Assembly: GCA_963755125.1 (NCBI GenBank) | Contig: CAVWIP010000017.1 | Coordinates: 224,001 to 288,000, forward strand | Direction: 5' to 3' | From: an uncultured delta proteobacterium | GTDB lineage: Bacteria; Myxococcota_A; Polyangia; Fen-1088 | Length of the DNA stretch: 64,000 nucleotides | In this document: piece after piece, positions 24,940 to 35,059 of the stretch | How the letters are laid out: each line of letters opens with the position of its first letter | How positions within the stretch are numbered: position 1 is the stretch's first letter | The notes under the pieces: generated by a model | What the model was told of the DNA's origin: nothing | Databases searched by the model: none | The model's input: the letters and a program-made list of their open reading frames with translations, nothing else | Position numbers and translations under genes: made by a program

Positions 24940-26018
24940 CACGCTGCTCCCGAGAACCACCTGGGCTCCGTGCGCAGCTGGAATTCGCGCTCGTCACCCG
25001 GTTGAAACTGGAAATTGAAGGGCAGTCGGTACACGACATAAAAGCGCTGCTGATCCGGCAGCAGAACCAGCATATGTGGCATCAGGCTGCGACGGCCGAT
25101 TCGCCCGTTCACTGTGTAGTCGGCCACAATGCCAAAATCCGGCATGGACATTTCCAGCACGGGTGTTGCTGCCAGAAGGTTATCGAGCCGAATTGTGGGT
25201 GCCATTGTGGGCACAGGAATGACCCAATCGGGATGGGCGCGATAGTTGACGGCAACAGGGATCTCGCGCTTGATTTCGGCAAGCGGCGGCGGGGGCGACA
25301 GTTTGGGATTCTCTCTCGCCGGGCGAGCGACCCACAGGGGAACGTCGATGGGAATCGTGGCCCAGCACATGGGCAAGGGCGCGTCCTCCCAGCGGGCAAT
25401 CAGCGCGCGCGGATCTTCCAGGTTGGGCAGGCGGCGCACATAGCCCGCCGGGAGCAGGGGATAGCCACGCGGCGCTTTCAGCAAGTCCCCCAGTTCGCGC
25501 GCCATGCGCTCGGCGTCGAACCCGAGGCCGTGCTTGTTGCAGGTGTCGGACAGATCGAAGACCGACTCGCGGTCCAGGTTGATGGGAACCGTCCCGCCAA
25601 AGGCGCGGCTGTAGGTGAGCGGCATCTTCGTGAAGGGTTCGGGTCGCGAAGCAATCTTGCGATCGACCGCCCAGCACCGGTTGCCAAACACGAGAAGCTC
25701 GCGGCGCACCTTGCCCACGGTCAGTGCCACGGTCAGCGTGGACACTGGGCGCTCGCGCGAGGCATAGGCATGTCCCAGAACAATGACCTCCAGCGAGGCA
25801 TCGGCACGCGGTTGCAGGTCAGCCGGGAGATCCCCGAGCGGCGTTTTTTCGTCCTGCACGAGAAGAGGAAACGGCTCTTGCGTTTCGAGTTCGACCCGTC
25901 CCTGGCTGTCGAATCGGAAAGTGGCCTTGGCGGTCAACAGACCGATTCGTTGGGTCGAGCCCTCGAAGTCGGAGGTCGTGACCGTCGCCGGAACCGCTGT
26001 CTGGTTGACCAGCCGCAT
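24939..26018 (-). CDS. DUF2169-family T6SS adaptor/chaperone (second paralogue)
   Basis: MRLVNQT, AKATF, EVIVLGHAYA, VFGNRCW, EPFTKMPLTYSRAFGG, N..GLGF, LPNLEDP. Confidence 0.85.
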   Translation of the reverse strand: MRLVNQTAVPATVTTSDFEGSTQRIGLLTAKATFRFDSQGRVELETQEPFPLLVQDEKTPLGDLPADLQPRADASLEVIVLGHAYASRERPVSTLTVALTVGKVRRELLVFGNRCWAVDRKIASRPEPFTKMPLTYSRAFGGTVPINLDRESVFDLSDTCNKHGLGFDAERMARELGDLLKAPRGYPLLPAGYVRRLPNLEDPRALIARWEDAPLPMCWATIPIDVPLWVARPARENPKLSPPPPLAEIKREIPVAVNYRAHPDWVIPVPTMAPTIRLDNLLAATPVLEMSMPDFGIVADYTVNGRIGRRSLMPHMLVLLPDQQRFYVVYRLPFNFQFQPGDEREFQLRTEPRWFSGAA

Positions 26019-26084
26019 TGCCTGTTTTTCGGCAACGCCAGGAATTAGTTGCGGGCTTCACGTCAGAAGTGCAGCAGCGCCCAG

Positions 26085-26531
26085 CTATCCGAACTTGCCG
26101 GAAATGTAGTCGTGTAGCTGATCGATCAGACTCTGTTTTTCGGAGATGATGGCCTTGACCACGTCGCCGATGGAGATCAACCCCAGAAAGCGCGAACCGT
26201 CGAATACCGGCAGGTGGCGCACGTGCTTTGCGGTCATCAGGACCATGCAGTCTTCCAGCGTGTTGGCGGGCGCAACCGTGTGCATGCGCTCGACCGGCGT
26301 CATGATCTCTGCGGCGGCGGTTTCGCGCGACGTCTTGCCCTGCAGCGGGATCTTCCGAGCGTAGTCACGTTCGGACAGGATTCCCCGCACCGCCCCGGTT
26401 TCGTCGAGCACCATCAGCGCGCCAATCTCCATCTCGCTCATGAGTTTCAGGGCTTCGAACACTGTCGCCCTGGGTTGGATGGAGCAAATCGCCTGGTCCT
26501 TCGCCTCCAGAATGTCCTTCACTGTCTTCAT
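26085..26531 (-). CDS. CBS-pair domain protein
   Basis: GILSERDYARK, RHLPV, GLISIGDVVK. Confidence 0.9.
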   Translation of the reverse strand: MKTVKDILEAKDQAICSIQPRATVFEALKLMSEMEIGALMVLDETGAVRGILSERDYARKIPLQGKTSRETAAAEIMTPVERMHTVAPANTLEDCMVLMTAKHVRHLPVFDGSRFLGLISIGDVVKAIISEKQSLIDQLHDYISGKFG

Positions 26532-26631
26532 GACGCCTTCTCCCTTGTCCCGCGCTCACACATTAAAGTTAGCATATCCCCGCCGCGGGATTGACCTCGC
26601 CCTCACGAATCGGCGATAACTCGGCCTCGCA

Positions 26632-27855
26632 GTGATCATCGTACAGAAATTCGGCGGCACTTCTGTCGGCACAGTCGAGCGCATCAAGAATGTCGCGCGT
26701 CGTTGCCTGGCCACGCAACGCCAGGGCCACAAGGTGGCCGTCATCGTCTCCGCCATGTCGGGCGAAACCAACCGCTTGCTCGGTCTCGCGCAGCAGATGC
26801 ACGTCGAGCCCGACGAGCGCGAGTTGGACGTTATCGCGTCCACCGGCGAGCAGGTGTCGGTCGGGCTGCTGGCCCTGGCCATCCATGCCGAGGGCGGCAA
26901 GGCCGTGTCGCTGCTCGGTCACCAGATCCGCGTGCTGACCGACAGCGCCTTTGCCCGGGCGCGCATCCGCGATGTCGAAGTCCAGGCCATCGAAGAAGCC
27001 TTTGCCCAAGGCAAGGTCGCGGTGATCGCCGGTTTTCAAGGCGTGGACGATGCGGGCAACATCACGACGCTGGGACGCGGCGGCTCGGACACATCCGCCG
27101 TGGCCGTGGCAGCGGCGCTCAAGGCCGACGTCTGCGAGATCTACACAGATGTGGACGGTGTCTACACCGCGGACCCCAACGTGGTGCCCGGTGCGCGCAA
27201 GGTCGAACGTATCAGCTATGAGGAGATGCTGGAGCTGGCGTCGCTGGGAGCCAAGGTTTTGCAGATCCGGTCGGTCGAGTTCGGGATGAAGTACGCTGTC
27301 CCGATTCACGTCCGATCGAGCTTCAACGACAACGAAGGGACGTGGGTCGTGCCTGAAGAAAAAGCGATGGAAGCAGTCTTGGTGTCCGGTGTGACCGCCA
27401 CCCGAGACGAGACCAAGATCACCATGGTCGGCATCTCGGACGCCACCGGCATTCATTCCAAGGTGTTCAGGCCCCTGGCCGACGCCGGCGTCGGTGTGGA
27501 CACCATCGTCCAGGCCCTTTCGGCCGAGGGTCGCACCGACTTGACCTTCACGGTGAGCAAGGGCGACAGCAAGCGGGCACGCGAACTTCTCATCAAGCAC
27601 TGCGCCGATTTCTGTGCGCCCGAGCACATACGCACCGTCGAGAACCTGTCCAAGGTATCGATCGTGGGCGTGGGCATGCGTTCGCACGCTGGCGTGGCGC
27701 TCAAGATGTTCGAGGCGCTGGCCAAGGAGAACATCTACATCCACCTGATCTCGACGTCGGAAATAAAGATCTCATGCGTCATCGACGGCAAGTACAGTGA
27801 ACTGGCCGTCCGCGCCCTGCACGACGTCTTTGAACTGGGTGGCAAGAACAACTAG
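26632..27855 (+). CDS. lysC: Aspartate kinase
   Basis: [39 protein letters not shown], two ACT domains, STSEIKIS. Confidence 0.96.
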   Translation: MIIVQKFGGTSVGTVERIKNVARRCLATQRQGHKVAVIVSAMSGETNRLLGLAQQMHVEPDERELDVIASTGEQVSVGLLALAIHAEGGKAVSLLGHQIRVLTDSAFARARIRDVEVQAIEEAFAQGKVAVIAGFQGVDDAGNITTLGRGGSDTSAVAVAAALKADVCEIYTDVDGVYTADPNVVPGARKVERISYEEMLELASLGAKVLQIRSVEFGMKYAVPIHVRSSFNDNEGTWVVPEEKAMEAVLVSGVTATRDETKITMVGISDATGIHSKVFRPLADAGVGVDTIVQALSAEGRTDLTFTVSKGDSKRARELLIKHCADFCAPEHIRTVENLSKVSIVGVGMRSHAGVALKMFEALAKENIYIHLISTSEIKISCVIDGKYSELAVRALHDVFELGGKNN

Positions 27856-27885
27856 CTCGGGCCAGTTGCGGTAGTATGGCCCGCA

Positions 27886-29868
27886 TTGCTGCCTGACGTT
27901 CCCGACATCGGCGAAGACCTTCTGCTTGGACGCACGCTGCTCGAGCAGGGCCATCTGAGCACGGCCCAGCGCGTGCTGGTGAAGCTGTGCCAGCAGCACC
28001 CGGAGAATGCAGAGGCGTTTCGCGGTTTGGGCGACGTGTTGCACCGCAAGGGCGACGAAACCCGCGCACGGATCATCAGCGAGTACGCGGCGGACCTGCG
28101 CGTTCCCGACCCCAGGACGCCTTTGCCCGAGGGTCAATCGGTCGAGCCCGTCCCGGCGCAGGCGCCAGGGCGGCAGCCGCCACCGGTGCCGGGCGCGCAG
28201 CGGGCCGATCCGGTCACGCCGCAAGTGGATCTCATCACGCCGCAGGCCGAGTTTGTCACGCCGGAGATTGAGCCTGTCACTGCGCCAGCCGAGGCAGCCA
28301 CGGCGCTCACCATGCCGTCCCCGGGCCAGCCCGCAGCGCTCCCGACCGAGGCGAGCAGGCCGGCCAAGCCGGCTGCCAAGTCCGGGAAGGGGAAGTACCT
28401 GGCGGCCGTTGCGGCTCTCGTGCTGCTGACCGGCCTGGGAATCCTCGCCTATCGCGTCTACAAGCCGTCGCAACGTCGCGGTCTCTTGCCGCGCGAGGAG
28501 CTGGACAGCGCGCTGTCGTCTGGATCGTTTGATCGCCTGGTGCGCGCCCGCGATCGGGCACGTGCGGCTCTTGCTGGCGCAGAACCTGACGGCGACGCCT
28601 TGGTGCGGCTGGCGCTGGTCGAAGCGCTCCTAGCCCTCGACCAGGGGGTGGCGGGAGCGAAAGGCGTCGAGGCAGCGCTCGCACGGTTGCCGCCAGCCGA
28701 CCAAGCGAACCCGCAGCGTCTCGTACTGGTCGAGGTGGCACGCGCGCTGCTGGCCCTGGCTGACGGAGATCGCGATGCGGCCAAGCAGCACGTGGATGCC
28801 GGTCTGACCAGAGCTGGCGCGAATCCTCCGCCCGCGCTGCTTTTTGCCTCGGCGCGGGTTCGTGCGCTGGCCGGCGACGGCACCGGGGCTGAGAAGGATC
28901 TGGATCGGGCAATGCAATTGGCCCCTGATTTTGCCCCGGTTGTCGCCGACTGGGCCACGCAACGGCTCGACAGCGGGGATGCCCTGGCCGCACGCCGCGT
29001 GGCGCGGGAGTTCCTTGCCAAGAACAAGGCGGCGGCGCGCGTGCAGTTGGTGGCCGCCGAGGCTGAGCGCGCCCTGGGAGATAGTGGCTGGACCAAGCAC
29101 ATAGATTCGGCGTGCCACGACGAGAGCCGGGGTTCGCGCGCTCTACGCTCGGCCTGCTCGCTGGCATCGGCCCTGCACGCGCGACTTGACGGTGAGCGGC
29201 CCATAGCCGTGCGCAAGGCGCGAGCCGCGGGCCAGATTTCCGACGATCCGCGCGTGCTGGGCGATTCGGCGCTGGTGCTCGCTTCACTGGGCGAGATTGA
29301 TGCTGCCGACGAGGTGCTGGCGCGCGCACGCAAGCTGGCCGACGACACGGCTGTGCCGCTGGCCTGGGCGAATCTGGCGATTCGTCTCGGGCGCGGCCAG
29401 ACGGGCAGGACGGCGTCGCCGGCTGAACGGCCAGCCCAGCCCGAGCGTCGTCTCGTCGCCTTGCGGGCTTCGTACCTGAAGGATGGCGGCGCGGCACTGG
29501 CGGCGGGCCTCAAGAATGAGCCTGTGGCCCCGAACGAGATCGACGCTGACCTGCGCACCTTCGCGGAGCTGGGCCGTGAGGGAGGCGTTTCCCGAAGCGA
29601 TCGGGCCACGCTCGAACGACGGGCCGAGCGCGGCAACCCGATTGCGGCCTTCGTCCTCGGGGTCTTGGCGGCGCGCGAGGACGACCACAAGCAGGCGGCA
29701 AAATGGCTGGAGAAGGCTCTGGCAGGCCATGGCGACGCATGCCGCGCGGCACTTCTTTACCTTTCCGCGTTGCAAGCGCAGGAACGGCCCTCGCAGCCAA
29801 ACCGGGTGGCCCTGCGCGCTTTGCACGCCCGCAACGCACAGTGCCCGATTCCGGAAGTCTGGTATTGA
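27886..29868 (+). CDS. Hypothetical membrane-anchored TPR-like protein
   Basis: N-terminal TPR-like segment, Pro-rich linker, one TM, Ala/Leu-rich helical repeats. Confidence 0.65.
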   Translation: MLPDVPDIGEDLLLGRTLLEQGHLSTAQRVLVKLCQQHPENAEAFRGLGDVLHRKGDETRARIISEYAADLRVPDPRTPLPEGQSVEPVPAQAPGRQPPPVPGAQRADPVTPQVDLITPQAEFVTPEIEPVTAPAEAATALTMPSPGQPAALPTEASRPAKPAAKSGKGKYLAAVAALVLLTGLGILAYRVYKPSQRRGLLPREELDSALSSGSFDRLVRARDRARAALAGAEPDGDALVRLALVEALLALDQGVAGAKGVEAALARLPPADQANPQRLVLVEVARALLALADGDRDAAKQHVDAGLTRAGANPPPALLFASARVRALAGDGTGAEKDLDRAMQLAPDFAPVVADWATQRLDSGDALAARRVAREFLAKNKAAARVQLVAAEAERALGDSGWTKHIDSACHDESRGSRALRSACSLASALHARLDGERPIAVRKARAAGQISDDPRVLGDSALVLASLGEIDAADEVLARARKLADDTAVPLAWANLAIRLGRGQTGRTASPAERPAQPERRLVALRASYLKDGGAALAAGLKNEPVAPNEIDADLRTFAELGREGGVSRSDRATLERRAERGNPIAAFVLGVLAAREDDHKQAAKWLEKALAGHGDACRAALLYLSALQAQERPSQPNRVALRALHARNAQCPIPEVWY

Positions 29869-29893
29869 CCGGGCAGGGTGGCCAAGCTAAATC
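29865..29893 (+). promoter_or_regulatory. Putative sigma70 promoter of efp
   Basis: TTGACC-N17-TAAATC, 10 nt before ATG. Confidence 0.5.
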
Positions 29894-29903
29894 CGCCGTT
29901 CCA

Positions 29904-30476
29904 ATGGCCACCTACGACACATCCGACATCCGCAAGGGACTCAAGGTCATGATGGACGGCTCGCCCTACACCGTGGTCGAGTTCCAGTTCATCAAACCGG
30001 GCAAGGGCGCGGCCTTCACGCGCACGAAGTTCAAGAACCTGCTCTCGGGCGCGGTCATCGAACGCAACATCCGATCCGGCGAAAAGATGGAATCGGCCAA
30101 CGTCGAGACCAAGACCATGCAGTACCTGTACAAGGAAGCCGACAGCTTCGTGTTCATGGACACCAGCACCTACGATCAGGTGCACATTCCCTCCGAGACC
30201 ATCGGCGACGACGCCCTTTTCATGCCCGAGCAGATCGTGGTCGAGGTGCTGTTCTTCAATGAGCGCGCGGTGGGGGTGACCCTGCCCAACTTCATCGAGC
30301 AGAAGATCCTGGCGACCGAGCCCGGGTTCCGCGGCGACACCGCGACGGGCGTGACCAAACCGGCCAAGATATCCACCGGCGCGACCATCGCGGTTCCTCT
30401 CTTCATCAACGAGGGCGATACCATCAAGATCGACACGCGTTCAGGTGAGTATCTGGAGCGCGTCGGGCGCGCTTAG
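29904..30476 (+). CDS. efp: Elongation factor P
   Basis: KPGKGAAF, PGFRGDTA, VPLFINEGD.IKIDTRSGEY. Confidence 0.97.
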   Translation: MATYDTSDIRKGLKVMMDGSPYTVVEFQFIKPGKGAAFTRTKFKNLLSGAVIERNIRSGEKMESANVETKTMQYLYKEADSFVFMDTSTYDQVHIPSETIGDDALFMPEQIVVEVLFFNERAVGVTLPNFIEQKILATEPGFRGDTATGVTKPAKISTGATIAVPLFINEGDTIKIDTRSGEYLERVGRA

Positions 30477-30505
30477 CTCGCCTCCTGCGGTGGTGGTGCT
30501 GTTCG

Positions 30506-31507
30506 GTGAACCCCACCAGCAGAAAAGCAGGACTCGAGGCCCGCGCGGAAATCCGACGGGCGGTGCGTTCATGGTTTGAAGGGCAGGGGTTCCTCGAGGT
30601 CGAGACGCCGGCGCGCGTTTTCTCGCCCGGCCAGGAGGTTCACCTGCAAGCCATTCCGGCCGGTGAGGGGCGTTACCTCATCACCTCGCCCGAGTATCAC
30701 ATGAAGCGGCTGGTGGCGGCTGGCTTGCCGCGCATCGTGCAGATCGGTCGCTGCTGGCGTGGTGGCGAGAAGGGCAGCCTTCACGAACCCGAGTTCACCA
30801 TGATCGAGTGGTACCGGGCCGGCGCCAGCCTGGATGAGATCGCGCGCGACTGCGAAGCGCTCATCGAGGTGGCGGCGCGTGCCGTTGGACATTGGCCGGC
30901 GGTCGACGTACCGGCTGGCCGCGGGCGGGCAGAGAAGCCCGAGAGGCTGGCGGTCGAGTCACCGTTCGAGCGGCTCACCGTGCGCGAGGCGCTCTCACAC
31001 TTTGCCGGGATGAGCTTGTGCGGCGACGAGAGCGTGGACGAGTTGCGCGGCCTGGCGATGCGCGCTGGCTGCAACCCGGGCAGCGCCGCAACCTGGGACG
31101 ATGTCTTTTTCCAAATCTTTCTCGACCGAGTCGAGCCGCGCCTTGGACGCGACCGACCGACCTTCGTTCTTGATTGGCCGTTGCCCTTGGCTGCGCTGGC
31201 CCGACGCAAGCCAGACGATCCTCTGACCGTCGAGCGCTTCGAACTCTACGCCGGCGGGCTGGAATTGGCCAATGCCTTTGGCGAGCTAGGCGACCCGGTC
31301 GAGCAGCGCGCACGTTTTGTCGAGGAGGCGACGTTGCGGCGGCAGCGGGGCAGGGTGGTCTACCCCATCGACGAGAAGTTGCTGGCCGCCTTGGCCACCA
31401 TGCCGCCCACCTGCGGCGTGGCCATGGGTTTCGACCGCCTGGTCATGCTGGTCACCGGCGCCGATAGCATCCGCGACGTCATGGCGTTCGCAGATGACGA
31501 AGTGTGA
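30506..31507 (+). CDS. epmA: EF-P lysine aminoacylase
   Basis: FLEVETP, LITSPEYHMKRL, HEPEFTMIEWY, ERFELY..GLELANAF.EL, G.AMGFDRL; no anticodon domain; follows efp. Confidence 0.93.
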   Translation: MNPTSRKAGLEARAEIRRAVRSWFEGQGFLEVETPARVFSPGQEVHLQAIPAGEGRYLITSPEYHMKRLVAAGLPRIVQIGRCWRGGEKGSLHEPEFTMIEWYRAGASLDEIARDCEALIEVAARAVGHWPAVDVPAGRGRAEKPERLAVESPFERLTVREALSHFAGMSLCGDESVDELRGLAMRAGCNPGSAATWDDVFFQIFLDRVEPRLGRDRPTFVLDWPLPLAALARRKPDDPLTVERFELYAGGLELANAFGELGDPVEQRARFVEEATLRRQRGRVVYPIDEKLLAALATMPPTCGVAMGFDRLVMLVTGADSIRDVMAFADDEV

Positions 31508-31684
31508 GGGGTGAGGACATTCATCTCGTCAGCCACCCGCCGACGAGAACGCTGGGGTGAGGGGGGAGGACACGGAGTCAGAGAAGCCGTAGTCGTGCCT
31601 GACACCGCACCCGGCGAGGAAAAAGCTCTGGTCTTCGCGTGACCTTTGCCCAACAATCGCATCCAATTCGCCCGGAGGTGCTGC

Positions 31685-32830
31685 ATGTTCGACCCGAGAA
31701 ACCCTACTTGCTCGCCAGCACGGAAAGCGAATCTCCCTGCTGTGGCCGCACTGACGACGCTTGTTTCAACATTCGTGGGTGGCCGCGCTCTTGCCCAAGA
31801 CACTGCGTCCGAGCCCTCCGCGGCGCCGGCCGAGGCGTCCGAGCCCAAGCCTGCGGCGCCGGCCGAGGCATCTGAGCCCAAGCCTGCGCCTCCAGCCGAG
31901 GCGCCGAAGGCAGAACCCGCCCCACCACCGGTTCCGGCCGCCAAGCCCGACGCCCCTCCCGCGGCGCCGCCGGCGCCGGCTGTCGAATGGAAGGCGCAGA
32001 GCAAGGGCGGCTTCGTCATGACCTCGGGAAACTCGCAGGCCACCAACATCACCTTCGGCGTGAACGGCTCGCGTAAGGAAGGCAACAACAAGCTGACGCT
32101 GGAAGGGGGCGTGGCCTACGGCCGCTCGAACAACCTGGTGGCCACGACCGACGACACAGGTGTCATCCAGTCGGTCGACCGGCAAGAGGTGACCAGCACC
32201 AACAACTGGGCCAGCAAGGGCCGCTACGATCGCTTCCTGTCCGAGAACAACGTCGCCTATGCCAGCACCCAGTGGGCTGGCGACAAGATCGCCGGCAAGA
32301 CGCTCTTCGGCGGCGGGCAGGCCGGTTACAGCCGCCAGTTGCGCAAGGACAGGTGGAACCTGCTGGTGGCCGAACTCGGTTACGACTTCTCATACGAGCG
32401 CTACGTGCAGCAGCCGAACAAGACGATCGACCCGGTCACTATTCACTCGGCGCGCCTGTTGGTGGGCGAGACGCTCTCACTCACGCCCGCGACCGGTTTG
32501 ACGGCGAGCGTGGAAGCCCTGCTCAACCTCAACCACGAGACCAAGGCGCTGAATTGCAACACTGGCCTTCCCGGCGTCGATGCGTTTCACGATACGCGCG
32601 TCAATGGCAAGCTGGGAATCAGCACGAATCTCTTCAAGAAGCTGGCTCTCGGTGTCAGTTTCACCGTCAAGTACGACCAGAATCCCGCGCCCCGGCCGGT
32701 TCCTTCGGTTGTTGTGGGAGTGCCCGCCGGCACGACCGTCAGCTTCCCCGCTGGCCAGTACTACTCCTGGGAGTTCGCTGACAAGGTCGACACACTCACC
32801 GAGGTCACGCTCCTGTACTCATTCTTCTAG
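31685..32830 (+). CDS. DUF481-like outer-membrane beta-barrel protein with Pro/Ala-rich N-terminal linker
   Basis: Signal peptide ending ALA-Q, TSGNSQ, GRYDRFL, G.GYSRQL, AELGYDF, C-terminal LLYSFF. Confidence 0.75.
   Translation: MFDPRNPTCSPARKANLPAVAALTTLVSTFVGGRALAQDTASEPSAAPAEASEPKPAAPAEASEPKPAPPAEAPKAEPAPPPVPAAKPDAPPAAPPAPAVEWKAQSKGGFVMTSGNSQATNITFGVNGSRKEGNNKLTLEGGVAYGRSNNLVATTDDTGVIQSVDRQEVTSTNNWASKGRYDRFLSENNVAYASTQWAGDKIAGKTLFGGGQAGYSRQLRKDRWNLLVAELGYDFSYERYVQQPNKTIDPVTIHSARLLVGETLSLTPATGLTASVEALLNLNHETKALNCNTGLPGVDAFHDTRVNGKLGISTNLFKKLALGVSFTVKYDQNPAPRPVPSVVVGVPAGTTVSFPAGQYYSWEFADKVDTLTEVTLLYSFF
31805..31900. repeat. Three 30-33-bp tandem repeats (ASEPKPAAPAE)
   Basis: Copies at 31805-31834, 31835-31867, 31868-31900. 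Confidence 0.85.
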
Positions 32831-32836
32831 AATGAC

Positions 32837-35050
32837 ATGAGCGACAAGAACAAAGAATCGCACCGGTGGAAGTTCTTTCGCGCGGGCGACGTGGATCAGG
32901 TCGTGCTCGCCGAAGGCGACGATCTCGAACACCTGAGCGGGCTCGACCAGAAGTTGTGGATGGCGCTTTCGTGCCCCACGCGAGGGCTCGAATTCGACAG
33001 CCGCACCTTGGAATGCGTTGACACGGATCAGGACGGGCACATACGGCCGCCCGAGATCTTGGCCGCAGTGGATTGGGCCAAACAGGTTTTTCGCAGTTTG
33101 GACGATCTCTTTGCCGACGGCAGCTCTGTTCCGCTCGCCTCAATCAAAGAAGAGACCCAACTCGGTCGCGATGTGCTGGCGGCGTCCCGGCGTCTGCTCG
33201 CCAAGCTGGGCCGTCCCGACGCGAGCGCGGTGTCGGCCGAAGATGTGACCGGCGCCGCCGAGATCCTGGCTGCCAGCCGGTTCAACGGCGACGGGATCGT
33301 GCCGGCCGACTGCGCACAGGACGAGCCCACCCGCCGGGCCATCGAGGACATCATCGCGGCCATGGGCAGCAAGCCGGATCGGAGCGGCAAGCCAGGCGTG
33401 GACCAGCCCGCCATAGACCAGTTTTTTGACGAGGTTGCCGCCACCGTTGCCTGGCTCGACCGAGCCGACCAGGATGCCGCGGTTCGGCCATTGGGAAAGG
33501 CCACGCTGGAAGCGGCAGAGGCAGTGGCCGCAGTCCGCGCCAAGGTCGACGACTACTTCACTCGTTGCCGCTTGGCCGCCTTTGACGGACGGGCTGTCGT
33601 GGCGCTCGCTCCTGCCGAAAGCGACCTGGCCGCGCTGGGCAGCAAGAGTCTGACCGACGATGCCGCTGAGATTGCAAAACTTCCGCTTGCCGTCGTCGGC
33701 CCCCAGCGTCCCTTGTCGCTGTCCGACGGGCTGAACCCGGCCTGGGCGTCGAAGGTGGCGACTTTGGTTGCTGCCGCGGTTCGGCCCATCCTGGGCGCTG
33801 ACAAGACCGCATTGACCGAATCGGACTGGATGGCCATCAAAGAAACACTGGCGCCCTTCCTGGCCTGGCAGGCTGCCGTGCCGTCGGCCGCGCTGGCAGG
33901 GCTGACTGACGCTCGCGTGCGCGAGCTGCACAGCGGGACCTTCCGGCAGGACCTGTGCGCGCTGGTGGTCCAGGACGCGGCGTTGGAGGACCAGAGCAGT
34001 CAGATCAACCTGGTGGAGAAGATGCTCCTGTTCCGCCGGGATCTGGTCCGCCTGGTGCGCAACTTCGTGAACTTCTCCGAATTCTATGGCCAGCGCCGCG
34101 CCATTTTCCAGGCCGGCACCCTCTACCTCGACGGTCGTAGCTGCAGTTTGTGTTTGCCGGTTGAAGACGCCGGCAAGCACGCCGCAGTCGCGGGGCTGGC
34201 CCGCGCCTTCCTGGTGTACTGTGACTGTACCCGCAAGGGAGGCGAGAAGCGCAGCATCGTCGCGGTCGTGACTGGCGGTGGTACTGACAATCTGATGGTG
34301 GGGCGCAACGGTGTGTTCTACGACCGCAAGGGCATCGACTGGGATGCCACAGTCACCCGCATCATCGAGAATCCCATCGGCATCCGGCAGGCTTTCTGGG
34401 CGCCATACAAGCGGTTCGTGCGCATGATCGAGGAGCAAGTGGCCAAGCGCGCCTCGGCGGCCGACGCGGAAGCGCGGCAGAAGGCGCAATCGGCCGCGAT
34501 GCAAACCGCCCACGCCGACAAGACCAAGGCCGAAGAGCCGACGGGGAAGCCGTCCGAGCCCAAGAAGATTGACGTGGGCACGGTGGCCGCCATCGGCGTG
34601 GCCGTCGCTGGCATGGCGACCTTTCTTTCCAGCGTCCTGGCCACCTTCCTGGGTCTGGGCATGTGGATGCCGGTGGGTGCCCTTGGGCTGTTGCTGGCCA
34701 TCTCGGGCCCGTCCATGCTCATCGCCTGGCTCAAGCTGCGCCAGCGCAACGTGGGCCCCATCTTGGATGCGAACGGCTGGTCTGTGAACGCGCTGGCCAA
34801 GATCAACATTCCCTTTGGCTCCGCCCTGACCAAGGTGGCGGCGCTGCCGCGCGGAGCGCGTCGCCAGTTGCGCGACCCGTTTGCGCAGAAGCGATCGCCC
34901 TGGGGGGTGTACCTGACGCTGCTCGTGCTCCTGGGCTTGGCGGCGCTGTGGTGGTTGGGTCATCTAGACTCGTATCTGCCTGGCAAGTTCAGGTCCGAGT
35001 CGATGTTCGGTCGCGAGGTTCCGGCCAAGACCGAGCCGGTGGTCAGATAA
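32837..35050 (+). CDS. Conserved-looking hypothetical membrane protein with EF-hand loop
   Basis: 737 aa, strong GC3 bias, DTDQDGHIRPPE loop, C-terminal TM helices. Confidence 0.8.
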   Translation: MSDKNKESHRWKFFRAGDVDQVVLAEGDDLEHLSGLDQKLWMALSCPTRGLEFDSRTLECVDTDQDGHIRPPEILAAVDWAKQVFRSLDDLFADGSSVPLASIKEETQLGRDVLAASRRLLAKLGRPDASAVSAEDVTGAAEILAASRFNGDGIVPADCAQDEPTRRAIEDIIAAMGSKPDRSGKPGVDQPAIDQFFDEVAATVAWLDRADQDAAVRPLGKATLEAAEAVAAVRAKVDDYFTRCRLAAFDGRAVVALAPAESDLAALGSKSLTDDAAEIAKLPLAVVGPQRPLSLSDGLNPAWASKVATLVAAAVRPILGADKTALTESDWMAIKETLAPFLAWQAAVPSAALAGLTDARVRELHSGTFRQDLCALVVQDAALEDQSSQINLVEKMLLFRRDLVRLVRNFVNFSEFYGQRRAIFQAGTLYLDGRSCSLCLPVEDAGKHAAVAGLARAFLVYCDCTRKGGEKRSIVAVVTGGGTDNLMVGRNGVFYDRKGIDWDATVTRIIENPIGIRQAFWAPYKRFVRMIEEQVAKRASAADAEARQKAQSAAMQTAHADKTKAEEPTGKPSEPKKIDVGTVAAIGVAVAGMATFLSSVLATFLGLGMWMPVGALGLLLAISGPSMLIAWLKLRQRNVGPILDANGWSVNALAKINIPFGSALTKVAALPRGARRQLRDPFAQKRSPWGVYLTLLVLLGLAALWWLGHLDSYLPGKFRSESMFGREVPAKTEPVVR

Positions 35051-35059
35051 GGGCGCAAA

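Noticed and set aside
26560..26632. Lysine riboswitch before lysC
   Set aside because: The intergenic region is about 100 bp shared with a divergent gene, too short and without recognisable motifs.
29904..31507. efp-epmA without epmB as an anomaly
   Set aside because: epmB is often encoded elsewhere; cannot be judged from one window.
31805..31900. Short repeats as possible CRISPR
   Set aside because: In-frame coding tandem repeats with no spacers; no cas genes in the window.
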